Source of the DNA: Euryarchaeota archaeon UBA605
Lineage (GTDB): Archaea; Thermoplasmatota; Poseidoniia; Poseidoniales; Thalassarchaeaceae
Direction of reading: 5' to 3'
Assembly: GCA_002504905.1 (NCBI GenBank)
Contig: DATY01000019.1
Location: forward strand, 30,326-94,325
Length of the DNA: 64,000 nt
Shown: positions 19,432 to 28,501 of the stretch, one piece after another
How positions within the stretch are numbered: the first letter of the stretch is position 1
Layout of the letters: each line of letters begins with the position of its first letter
Notes under the pieces: generated by a model
Told to the model about the DNA's origin: nothing
Seen by the model: the letters and a program-made list of their open reading frames with translations, nothing else
Databases searched by the model: none
Position numbers and translations under genes: made by a program

Positions 19432-20037
19432 ATGAGAGCTTTTCTTTGGTGTAATGGTGAAAAACCTGATAAAGAAATTATTTCTAATTTAGGAAATATT
19501 TCTCCACTGTTCGGAGTTGACGGTGGAGGAAATAAGGCTAAGTCATTTGGATTTGATGTTAAAGAAATATTAGGAGACTTAGACTCTGTTGTAAATGATG
19601 ATCAGGTAACTAAAACAACTCTTCTTGAAAATCAAAATCTTAGTGATTTAACCAAGGCTATCAATGAATTAGAAAAAAGAGGATTCTCAGAATTTGATAT
19701 CTTAGGAGTTGATGGAGGAGATACAGGGCACATATTAGGAATATGGGGTTCTTTAGCTGAGATCTCTGAAAACCTAGTAATCAGACTCCATCATCAAAAC
19801 TCTACGACTTATAGAATTACTACCGAATTAAGAAACTTCAAAATAGATGTTGATAAAGATAGATTATTTTCAATATTTGCCCTTACAAAATGTCAAAATG
19901 TATGTGTCAAAGGTGCTGAATGGGAGATTTTCAATGAAGAGTTCGATTTATCGACTAAAGGCCTTCATAACAGAGGTTTGGGAAACACAATAACAATAAG
20001 TGTAGAAGGAATTCTAGTGCTAATTATTCAGAACTAA
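19432..20037 (+). CDS. Thiamine pyrophosphokinase (TPK/ThiN-like)
   Basis: NG, VDGG, GDLDS, (N)QNLSDL..A and GGDTGH motifs; C-terminal beta domain with GLHN. Confidence 0.8.
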   Translation: MRAFLWCNGEKPDKEIISNLGNISPLFGVDGGGNKAKSFGFDVKEILGDLDSVVNDDQVTKTTLLENQNLSDLTKAINELEKRGFSEFDILGVDGGDTGHILGIWGSLAEISENLVIRLHHQNSTTYRITTELRNFKIDVDKDRLFSIFALTKCQNVCVKGAEWEIFNEEFDLSTKGLHNRGLGNTITISVEGILVLIIQN

Positions 20038-21099
20038 TCATTCCTCTTCTGTATATGGAGTTGGGTTTTGAGAAAGTAACATTGCTATAGGCCTTGTACG
20101 AGGGTCACTCTCTAAAGCGATTTTCATAATTACCGCAAGTGGGACACCGAGTACTGCGCCCATCAAACCCCAAGCCCATCCCCAAAATGCAACTAGTATC
20201 AATAACACTATTGGAGACATATCAAGTCTCTGACCCGCTAATTGCGGCTCAACAAATGCACCCCAAGCCTGTTGATTAGCGATTAATAGAGCAATCATTA
20301 GTAGAGCCATGCCTGGCTCTAACAGAATCAATGCCAATATCCCAGGTGGAATCATAGAAATTAGAGCACCGATATAGGGTATGAAATCCAAAAAGAAAGT
20401 TATTGATGCCCAAAGAAACCACCCTGGTATATCTAGTTGATATAGGATTATTGCTGCAATTACAGCTTGTCCAAAAGCAACTGTTGCTCTAGTGATAACA
20501 TAAGTATTGATTCCCTCACCCGAATTAGAAGCAATTTTTTTGAAACGACTGACTTCATCAGGATAGGCGGCTTTAATTCGATTAGGGAGAGTTTCTGCCT
20601 CAAGAATAATGAATAAAAGAAAAATAAATACAGTGGCTGCACTGGCGGTGAATCCTGCTATTGATCCTACGAAATCTGTAGCAAAAGTTGTAATTACATC
20701 AATACTGACCAGTTCGGTTAAACCTGACGTATCTATCTCGTAACCAAATATTTTTTGATTTTCAAGACGCGACATTTTTTCCGTAAAAGCTTCAGTAATC
20801 CTATCTTGTGTGTCTACTTGGGTAAATTCAGTCAAATTCCAATAAAGAATTTGAGAAGCGAAGAATACAAGCAGCCCGATTATGCTTAGTAATCCTCCAT
20901 AGGCCAATAAAGGGTGTCCGAATCTTTGCTCTAACCAATTGGCTGGAGGTCTGATTAATAAGAAAAGTAAAGTTGCAATTACTAGTGGTTGAATTACCGC
21001 CTTAAGATGGATAATTGCCAATATAGATATTAATAAAATTACAAGTATATCGGAAACTGTACTTACTGGAATTCCCTTGAATGCCTTAGTAGATGCCAT
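20038..21099 (-). CDS. AI-2E family (PerM-like) transporter
   Basis: FIPYIG, EPQLAG..LDMSP and WGWAWGLMGAVLGVPL motifs; start reassigned to ATG 21099. Confidence 0.88.
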   Translation of the reverse strand: MASTKAFKGIPVSTVSDILVILLISILAIIHLKAVIQPLVIATLLFLLIRPPANWLEQRFGHPLLAYGGLLSIIGLLVFFASQILYWNLTEFTQVDTQDRITEAFTEKMSRLENQKIFGYEIDTSGLTELVSIDVITTFATDFVGSIAGFTASAATVFIFLLFIILEAETLPNRIKAAYPDEVSRFKKIASNSGEGINTYVITRATVAFGQAVIAAIILYQLDIPGWFLWASITFFLDFIPYIGALISMIPPGILALILLEPGMALLMIALLIANQQAWGAFVEPQLAGQRLDMSPIVLLILVAFWGWAWGLMGAVLGVPLAVIMKIALESDPRTRPIAMLLSQNPTPYTEEE

Positions 21100-21151
21100 G
21101 TGTGTCCCCAACCCTCCGAAGACTTCTAACTGATGAAGGGTTTCCCGGTAA

Positions 21152-22363
21152 TTACACAATTCGTTCATAAATTTCTATGAATTGATCTGCATCGATCTCA
21201 TAAGTAAAATTCTCAAGAACTCTTTTACGGCCAGCATCGCCTTTCTCCTTGAGTGATTTTTTGTCACTGATTTCTTTTAAGATTGTTTCAGACATTGAAT
21301 TTATATTTCCCATTTCAAAAAGTGCACCTACTTCTGAATCTACCATCTCAGGCAATGGTCCATGATTAACAGTTACAACTGGTGTACCAGAAGACATTGA
21401 TTCTAGTGGGATCAATCCCTGTCCCTCATAATAAGAGGGGTAGACAGTTAAATCGGCATTTCTGAATAATTCTGCTAACTCTTCAAATGACATACCAGAT
21501 TCAATATATACTGAGGACGATATACCAAGATTTTTTGCTTGATTGAGAAGACGTTTTCTTAGATGGCCTCGACCGACAATTACTAATCTAGAGTTAGGAA
21601 AATTAGATTTAACCTGCGCAAATGCCTTCAACAATGATCCATATCCTTTTCTAGCAGCTAAACGACCTACTGCAAGTAATAATATATCGTCTTCTGAGCA
21701 TCCAAAACGACTTCTCAGATCTTTGTTGAAATTTACAATAGGAGTGAACATTTGAGTATCAACACCCCAATAAATTACTTCACAATCCCAATCTTTAGGA
21801 GGTGAATAGCGAGAAATGAAATCATTCTTAGTTGCTTCAGAATTTGCTACGCAAACATCTGAACCTAATAGTGCTTCATTTTCAAACCTAGCATATCTTC
21901 CAGACGTCAATAAAATTGCTAAATCGTTTGGGTTAGCCCATACGGCAGTTTCCTTCTGTTCTTTAGCGGTTAAGAGACCATCCTTTTCACCTAACCAAGA
22001 ACCATGTAATGAAGATACTATTGGAGCCACATTTTTCTTACAATCAAGAAACTGTCTTCTACTCCATGAAATCATTGGGCAATGTAAATGAACAACATCT
22101 ACTGGATTGGATTTATTTAATTTCTTTAGCGCTCGAAGAGCAGAACGGCCGTAGGATCTGGTAAATTCCATTGGTATCCTAAGCCATCCAACTGAAATAA
22201 TTTCAACTCCAGAAACAGATGGTGAATTATTTCCTGCACCATTTCTTGTGATTATGGTAACACTATGGCCTCGTGAAGCTAATGCAGAAGAAAGATGGAA
22301 AACGGTTGACCCCATACCTCCCCAACGAGGTGGATATTCAGCGGACAACATCGCGATGTGCAT
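21152..22363 (-). CDS. Glycosyltransferase family 4 (GT-B)
   Basis: EYPPRWGGMG, VGRLAARKG, PSYYEGQGLIPLESMSSG (EX7E). Confidence 0.9.
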   Translation of the reverse strand: MHIAMLSAEYPPRWGGMGSTVFHLSSALASRGHSVTIITRNGAGNNSPSVSGVEIISVGWLRIPMEFTRSYGRSALRALKKLNKSNPVDVVHLHCPMISWSRRQFLDCKKNVAPIVSSLHGSWLGEKDGLLTAKEQKETAVWANPNDLAILLTSGRYARFENEALLGSDVCVANSEATKNDFISRYSPPKDWDCEVIYWGVDTQMFTPIVNFNKDLRSRFGCSEDDILLLAVGRLAARKGYGSLLKAFAQVKSNFPNSRLVIVGRGHLRKRLLNQAKNLGISSSVYIESGMSFEELAELFRNADLTVYPSYYEGQGLIPLESMSSGTPVVTVNHGPLPEMVDSEVGALFEMGNINSMSETILKEISDKKSLKEKGDAGRKRVLENFTYEIDADQFIEIYERIV

Positions 22364-22466
22364 ACACTATCGTGCCTGCGTCGAGTTCACCTGTTTTCAA
22401 GAGATTGGATACAGGACAGATAACAGTTTGATTCAAATCATGTATTAGTGTCGCAGATATGAGAAT

Positions 22467-23198
22467 ATGTCAGATACACTACCCGTCCACGTTACAGTAG
22501 TAATACCTACAAGAAATGAAGAGGCTGCAATAGTTGATACTATTCGTTCAATACCTAAAGGAGATTGGTGTGAAAAAATTGACTTCTTAATAATAGATGG
22601 AAACTCAACTGATAGAACAAGAGAGTTAGCCGAAGAAGAGGGAGCAGATGTCTATTTAGAGCCTAGAAAAGGATATGGAAGAGCATATAAGACAGGTTTT
22701 GCAATGGCACCCGGAGAGATTATTGTAACAATGGATGCAGATTGCACATATCCAGGAGAAGAAGTACCTGCTCTTGTCAAAAAACTAATTGATGACGACT
22801 TACAGTGGATTACTTGCGATAGACTAAGACGAGCTGAAGAAGGTTCAATGCCAGGATTACATGGGTTTGGAAACTGGGTTCTATCAAAAACGGCTTCAAT
22901 TCTATACTGGTATGGCATTCATGATTCTCAAAGTGGGATGTGGGTATTCAGAAAGTCGATCTTTGAAGATGATAGGGTTAGGCCAAAACATGATGGAATG
23001 CCACTATCTCAAGAATTTAAAATTAGAGCAAGGAGATACTTAGGTAAGAAGAAAACTGCTGAAGTCAGTGTTCCATATAGGCCACGTGTTGGAGAGGCTG
23101 AAATTAATACATGGGGCGATGGATTACTAAATCTAAGATTCTTATTTACACACAGATTAGGTTTGACTCAACAAAAAACACCTTGGGGACCTGAATAA
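22467..23198 (+). CDS. Glycosyltransferase family 2 (polyprenol-phosphate glycosyltransferase-like)
   Basis: VIPTRNEE, DGNSTDRT, GYGRA, MDAD (DxD), DSQSGM, YRPRVG. Confidence 0.9.
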   Translation: MSDTLPVHVTVVIPTRNEEAAIVDTIRSIPKGDWCEKIDFLIIDGNSTDRTRELAEEEGADVYLEPRKGYGRAYKTGFAMAPGEIIVTMDADCTYPGEEVPALVKKLIDDDLQWITCDRLRRAEEGSMPGLHGFGNWVLSKTASILYWYGIHDSQSGMWVFRKSIFEDDRVRPKHDGMPLSQEFKIRARRYLGKKKTAEVSVPYRPRVGEAEINTWGDGLLNLRFLFTHRLGLTQQKTPWGPE

Positions 23199-26100
23199 TT
23201 ATTCATTGAATTCATCATCTAATTCTCTAGGATCGAAAGTTGACCATGATTCTATCATCTCTAAATCCTTAGCTAATTCTTTACGGCGTTGAGCTGTGTA
23301 AAATATTCCTAAAATTATTGAGATAGTTAATAATATCAATAATAGAGGAAGTCCCCCTGAAAATAACCAAGATACAAGATTATTATCTTCATCTGATTCA
23401 ATTGGTAATAATTCGATTAAGACGGGGCTAACAATCTCACCATCAATTGCCCAGACTTCTACTTTTGCTGTACCTCCATCATCAACTAGTAAAGCTGTCT
23501 GTAAGGACCAGATATTATCTCCGGCAATTAAATCTCCTTCTGAACCATCATCTCTTAATTCAAACTCTCTGTCAATTTCCCCAGCTTTAAATTTAAAGAA
23601 TAACATTTCAGTAGTTCCATCTAGATCATCTAATTTAACTGTAACAAAAATAGGATTTACTTCATTAAAAACTAATGAATTTGGAGAAATTTTCAATTCT
23701 GATAAGACTGGAGAGCTGGCCCCTATAGTCAGATTAATTGAGATTGAATCAGATGCTCCTCTAGAATCAGTGACAATTAGATTAATTCTCACAGGACCGG
23801 GGGGGAAATATACCGAAACTTGTTCCTTATCTCCAATTGATGTACCGTCACCAAGACTCCACTCATACAATATAATGTCATAATCATAATCGAAAGATGG
23901 AGATGCATTGAGAATAATTTCTCTACCAGGAGGGATATATTGGCCATCATTAAAATCTCTAATTCCGGCAACTGGAGAAGTTTCAAGAACATTTAGAACC
24001 TGTTCAAAAATAGAAATCTTACCAGTAGAATCGGTTAGAATAAATGTAAGTAAATGATTACCTGCTGGTATGTAATCATTATACCAATAATCAATTGTTT
24101 TATTCTCAAGAATTGGAGATTCTATCAAATCTGAAAAAATAGATACTATGAAATCATCTCCATCTGGATCGAAGGAGTCTCGGAAATCAAAAAGTACTGG
24201 TAAATTTGAATAGACATCAATATCATCTTCTGGTGAAGTCACAATAAGTACAGGAGCTGCTTCTTCAACAGTAACCGTAATTGAATATTCTGCATTTCCT
24301 CCGTCTCCATCATCTATAATTAATGAAATCTCATGATTTCCTGCAGGCAGTCTTGCTTCAAATTTCCATTCAGAACCTATTGGTTCAGAAATTAAGTTAC
24401 TCTGCCATAAAACACTAACTAAATCTTTGCTAGAATCGGAAAAATGGTTACAAATTAAGCCTGTACTATTGTCTAAGTCTGTACATGCAATATCCCAATC
24501 TCCCGAACCAGATGCATCAAATGGAATTAGATTTCCTGAATCTGTCAAATATTCATCATTAGGGAAGGAAATTAGTGCTACTGGAGGGGAGTTTTCCACC
24601 GAAATGATTGATTCTGAGGAGGTCCATCTACCAGCATGATTTGGAATATCGTCACTAGCGTACATGGTAATCAAATGGGTCCCCTTTGATAATGTCCCAG
24701 ACCATTCAATTGAATCATCAGGAGTAAGGCCTGTGTGAATTAAACCATCAATATCACTCCAAAACTCGAATTTAATTTCATCACCTTCAGGATCAAATGT
24801 CGCAGTTCCATCTAAGCTAAGAATATCTTGTGACTTCAAACCAGTCCTAACTATTTCAAAGGAAGCAGTAGGGAGTTCATTGAATAATTCTACATTGAAT
24901 GTCCATGTAACTGGTGAATGAATACCATCAGTTGCATATACGGTTACAGAGAACTGATTTGGCGCAGAGGAGAAAGTTTTGTTAATCTGACCGGGACAGT
25001 CTGAAAGATATGTATCATTTTGTTCATAAGATGCCTTTATCCAACAACTTAATTCATCATTTTCTGGATCTGAGGTGCCCGTTAAATCAATATTTACGGA
25101 AGCTGTTTTTCCAAGATAAAGTGTACCCCAAGCAGAAATGTCAGGTGTTGTGTCTACAGTGAGTAAAGGAGGGCTATTTGTTAATTCAATAGTACGAGTT
25201 TCGAGTGCACAGTTATTAGAAGTATCACATACCTCCAGAGTTATCTGATGTATTCCATCGGAAATACATTGAATATTTCCATTAGCTATAATTACAGAAT
25301 CATTAGAATTAATTGATTCACAAGATCCTGTAATTTCACCATCAATACTGCTGGTCCATCTAAATGAAATTAATTCATTATCTAAATCCCATGAAGCGCT
25401 AGCATCAAAGATAACTTCTGAACCACTTGCAAATACTTCATCATCAAAGGGTTGATTCCAGACGATAATAGGTGGCTGATTAGAAATTTCTAAGATACAT
25501 GTCACAGAGATATCATTATTCAATTCAAATGAGTTGGAATCATTATGTATAGAATCATAGTCACATCCAGTATATACATTGTTCACATTAGACCAATTGT
25601 TAATTGGAGTCCATCTTTTACTAACAAATGGCCCCAAAACATCAATTCCTTCATATGGTAATGTGGTGGAATAATCTGATTCAAATTGATCAAAAGATAA
25701 ATTTACAGATGAATATGGAATATGATTCAAGTATTGATTTAATACATGTACCTCAACATTCCACATTATATCTAATATACTGTCATTTGATGTAAATTCA
25801 ATATTTTCTATTTCATCACTAGTTATTGAAGAAGAAATCCATCTAAGATGACTAGTTGTTTCAAAATCAAATTGTACGCCATTACTTTCCCATGAAGAGA
25901 AACTCAAAGATGAAGGAGCTATGCTGTTGGAAATATTCACCACGCTATTCTTAAGACTGGTTGGAGCATTTGATAAATCTAAATTAATACCCTCTAATTG
26001 TGTATGATCTACTAATTGCCAAGCGAATGTATCTCCAACCATACATTCTGGATCTTGGGAGATATAGGAATCATTAATGTAAGAAATTAAATCGCCTTTT

Positions 26101-27917
26101 GCCGACCAATAAAAACCACAACCTCCAGTAGACAGATACAAAGAATTAATTTCTGCATCAACATTCTTTAATTTCATAGTAATCCAACTATCACCACCAT
26201 CACAACTACCATCTGTAGGTGTAATATTACATGCCTGTTCAATCGTAATATTATTCAAAATTACTTTCCCATGATGAGAAACTCCTTGATTATCAATATC
26301 TAATGAGGGGAATTTTGTTGAATTCCGTATTGTTAGATCTATTAGTTGTAAATCAATACTATCTCTGACTGTAACGCCCCATTCATCATTGAAACTAGAA
26401 CACATATAGCAAGAAACGTTCTTACCTCCACTTACTACATCATTGGATTCCTCGAAATAGAATCCTGAACCTAAACTTGATGATAGGCTATTAATCCCAT
26501 TTCCCGAAGTAACAATATATTCCAACTCAACATTACTAGAATCTTTAACAGATATTCCATGACCAGTATTATTAAAACTTTGAACAGCGTTTACATCTGG
26601 ATGAAATTCTCTGAAATCAACCCCGCTAGCGCCATTATCAGAGATATTCCAGTTAGTCCCTTGGACCCCACCCTTCCATAGTAAAACACCCGACCCTGAA
26701 GAATTCCTAACAACTAAATTATTCAAAGTTGGAGGTCCTGAAGTTCCCCAATTTGATGAGCGCCAGAATAGTCCAGCTCTATCGTTAAAAGGTACTGAAA
26801 ATCCATTTTCTCCATTGTCTAATAATGTTAGATTATTCACAATCATAGATGAATCAATCATATATGCTCTAAATCCAACTACAGGATTATTCTCAATTAA
26901 TGCACCTTCAATTCTTATTCCACTGGTATTTACATCTAGTGCTGCAATACCAAGTCCTGGAGTCTTTGCATCAACCCCTCCTGTACCTCTAATTACTAAA
27001 TTAGTAAAAACTGCATTCATTGGAAGATTAGAAAATTGGCTATGATTATATTGTTCTACCATAACGCCGCGATACTGGCTATCTTCAACTACAACATTAG
27101 AGAATGTGGGTCTTGTATTCCATCCCTGTGTAATGTGTCTAACATAAATTCCATTATCTGAACGCGAAATACTGGAATCAGTAATCAAAGGTAATGAGTC
27201 TTCAACCCAAATTCCTGCAGCTATTGACGTAGTAGCTCCACTAATATTACTGACATGAAGATTACTAATAATACCACCAGAATTACCCCAATAATTCAAA
27301 CCACGAGTTACTAAATCATTGATAATTGCTCCATTCACAATGGGACTTGATGATGCACCAACTGATAGACCGATACCTTTTCTCCAATTTGTATTTAGAG
27401 GAATATCTTGACCTCCTCCCTCAATTATTAAATCATTAATTCTAGGAGATGCAGAATCGAAAATATCTATTGCAACTAAATCCGCATTTTCAACTCTTAA
27501 ATTATTCAGTATGGGATTACTACCATAAATAGTAACTCCATATTCAGAATTTCTGATAGTTAGATTATCTATCTTTGATCCCAGACCATTACTAGACGAG
27601 TTGAAAATTAATCCATCATGATTACCCATAATAGAATTAAGAATCACTGGCGAGGATGAAGTACCTTGGACAGTCATTCTACCTGCAACTAGAATGTCTT
27701 TATCGTCTCCTAAATTGATCTGAGTACCCGCCTCTACAATCAATATTTCTCCACTTTCTACAGTGTAACCATCAACCAAATTTACCGTACCATTCCAAAC
27801 AGTTGTTGATTTAGAAGATGCTAAAGTAATCATTGGAGAGAAGAAAACAGAAGACAATAAGAGAATGGAGACCAGGAAAATTGCACGCCTAGAACCATGA
27901 GAATGGGGGGCAAGCAT
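23199..27917 (-). CDS. Large secreted, membrane-anchored surface protein: right-handed beta-helix, multiple PKD/Ig-like domains, DDGxxGDxxAGD domain, C-terminal TM
   Basis: Signal peptide; Asn/Gly-rich parallel beta-helix repeats; recurring FDASxSxDxDxD and 'G.H.I.L.V.D' PKD motifs; LRDDGSEGDLIAGDNIW; TM helix near the C-terminus. Confidence 0.8.
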   Translation of the reverse strand: MLAPHSHGSRRAIFLVSILLLSSVFFSPMITLASSKSTTVWNGTVNLVDGYTVESGEILIVEAGTQINLGDDKDILVAGRMTVQGTSSSPVILNSIMGNHDGLIFNSSSNGLGSKIDNLTIRNSEYGVTIYGSNPILNNLRVENADLVAIDIFDSASPRINDLIIEGGGQDIPLNTNWRKGIGLSVGASSSPIVNGAIINDLVTRGLNYWGNSGGIISNLHVSNISGATTSIAAGIWVEDSLPLITDSSISRSDNGIYVRHITQGWNTRPTFSNVVVEDSQYRGVMVEQYNHSQFSNLPMNAVFTNLVIRGTGGVDAKTPGLGIAALDVNTSGIRIEGALIENNPVVGFRAYMIDSSMIVNNLTLLDNGENGFSVPFNDRAGLFWRSSNWGTSGPPTLNNLVVRNSSGSGVLLWKGGVQGTNWNISDNGASGVDFREFHPDVNAVQSFNNTGHGISVKDSSNVELEYIVTSGNGINSLSSSLGSGFYFEESNDVVSGGKNVSCYMCSSFNDEWGVTVRDSIDLQLIDLTIRNSTKFPSLDIDNQGVSHHGKVILNNITIEQACNITPTDGSCDGGDSWITMKLKNVDAEINSLYLSTGGCGFYWSAKGDLISYINDSYISQDPECMVGDTFAWQLVDHTQLEGINLDLSNAPTSLKNSVVNISNSIAPSSLSFSSWESNGVQFDFETTSHLRWISSSITSDEIENIEFTSNDSILDIMWNVEVHVLNQYLNHIPYSSVNLSFDQFESDYSTTLPYEGIDVLGPFVSKRWTPINNWSNVNNVYTGCDYDSIHNDSNSFELNNDISVTCILEISNQPPIIVWNQPFDDEVFASGSEVIFDASASWDLDNELISFRWTSSIDGEITGSCESINSNDSVIIANGNIQCISDGIHQITLEVCDTSNNCALETRTIELTNSPPLLTVDTTPDISAWGTLYLGKTASVNIDLTGTSDPENDELSCWIKASYEQNDTYLSDCPGQINKTFSSAPNQFSVTVYATDGIHSPVTWTFNVELFNELPTASFEIVRTGLKSQDILSLDGTATFDPEGDEIKFEFWSDIDGLIHTGLTPDDSIEWSGTLSKGTHLITMYASDDIPNHAGRWTSSESIISVENSPPVALISFPNDEYLTDSGNLIPFDASGSGDWDIACTDLDNSTGLICNHFSDSSKDLVSVLWQSNLISEPIGSEWKFEARLPAGNHEISLIIDDGDGGNAEYSITVTVEEAAPVLIVTSPEDDIDVYSNLPVLFDFRDSFDPDGDDFIVSIFSDLIESPILENKTIDYWYNDYIPAGNHLLTFILTDSTGKISIFEQVLNVLETSPVAGIRDFNDGQYIPPGREIILNASPSFDYDYDIILYEWSLGDGTSIGDKEQVSVYFPPGPVRINLIVTDSRGASDSISINLTIGASSPVLSELKISPNSLVFNEVNPIFVTVKLDDLDGTTEMLFFKFKAGEIDREFELRDDGSEGDLIAGDNIWSLQTALLVDDGGTAKVEVWAIDGEIVSPVLIELLPIESDEDNNLVSWLFSGGLPLLLILLTISIILGIFYTAQRRKELAKDLEMIESWSTFDPRELDDEFNE

Positions 27918-28031
27918 GGACTAACGGCAGTGCAACAACATATATCTGTGGTGGACAAATGGGTCTAAAGATAGGATATAGAAAACGAGTCATAATAAAG
28001 CGTAATACAGCGCATAATGACGAGGATTAGG

Positions 28032-28265
28032 ATGAGTACTGCTTTTGTGTTGTTCAAATGTGAACCACAAAGAGAATTAGAAGTTTATCTTGCACTATTA
28101 GAAATTGACAGTGTAAGCGAGACTCATGTTGCTTATGGCGAATATGATCTTGTAGCAAGAATAGATTTTGATGACGAAAAAGAAATGGCAAACACTTTGA
28201 TTGGCAATATGCGTTCAATTCCGGGTGTTCAAAAGACTGAAACCTTGATAGCAGTGGAGGCATGA
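28032..28265 (+). CDS. Stand-alone Lrp/AsnC ligand-binding (RAM) domain protein
   Basis: AFVLF...YGEYDLVAR...IPGVQKTETLI; no HTH; ATGA overlap with the next gene. Confidence 0.85.
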   Translation: MSTAFVLFKCEPQRELEVYLALLEIDSVSETHVAYGEYDLVARIDFDDEKEMANTLIGNMRSIPGVQKTETLIAVEA

Positions 28266-28501
28266 AATTGGCTGTTGGATTCATTCTAATTACAACAGAA
28301 CCAGGTTCTGAGATTTGGGTTAGAGAAGAAGTAAGTAAAATTGACTGTGTGAAAGGTCAATGGATAGTTTTTGGTAATCATGATCTATTTGTCAAGGTTG
28401 AAGCGGAAAATGAGTTTGAATTAACTAAATGTATTGTACAAGAAATTCGTTCAGTTGAAGGAATTTTTGAAACAAGGACGTTAATTGGTGCTGAAATTTA
28501 G
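28262..28501 (+). CDS. Second stand-alone Lrp/AsnC ligand-binding (RAM) domain protein
   Basis: GFILITTEPG...FGNHDLFVKV...IRSVEGIFETRTLI; GGAGG RBS. Confidence 0.85.
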   Translation: MKLAVGFILITTEPGSEIWVREEVSKIDCVKGQWIVFGNHDLFVKVEAENEFELTKCIVQEIRSVEGIFETRTLIGAEI

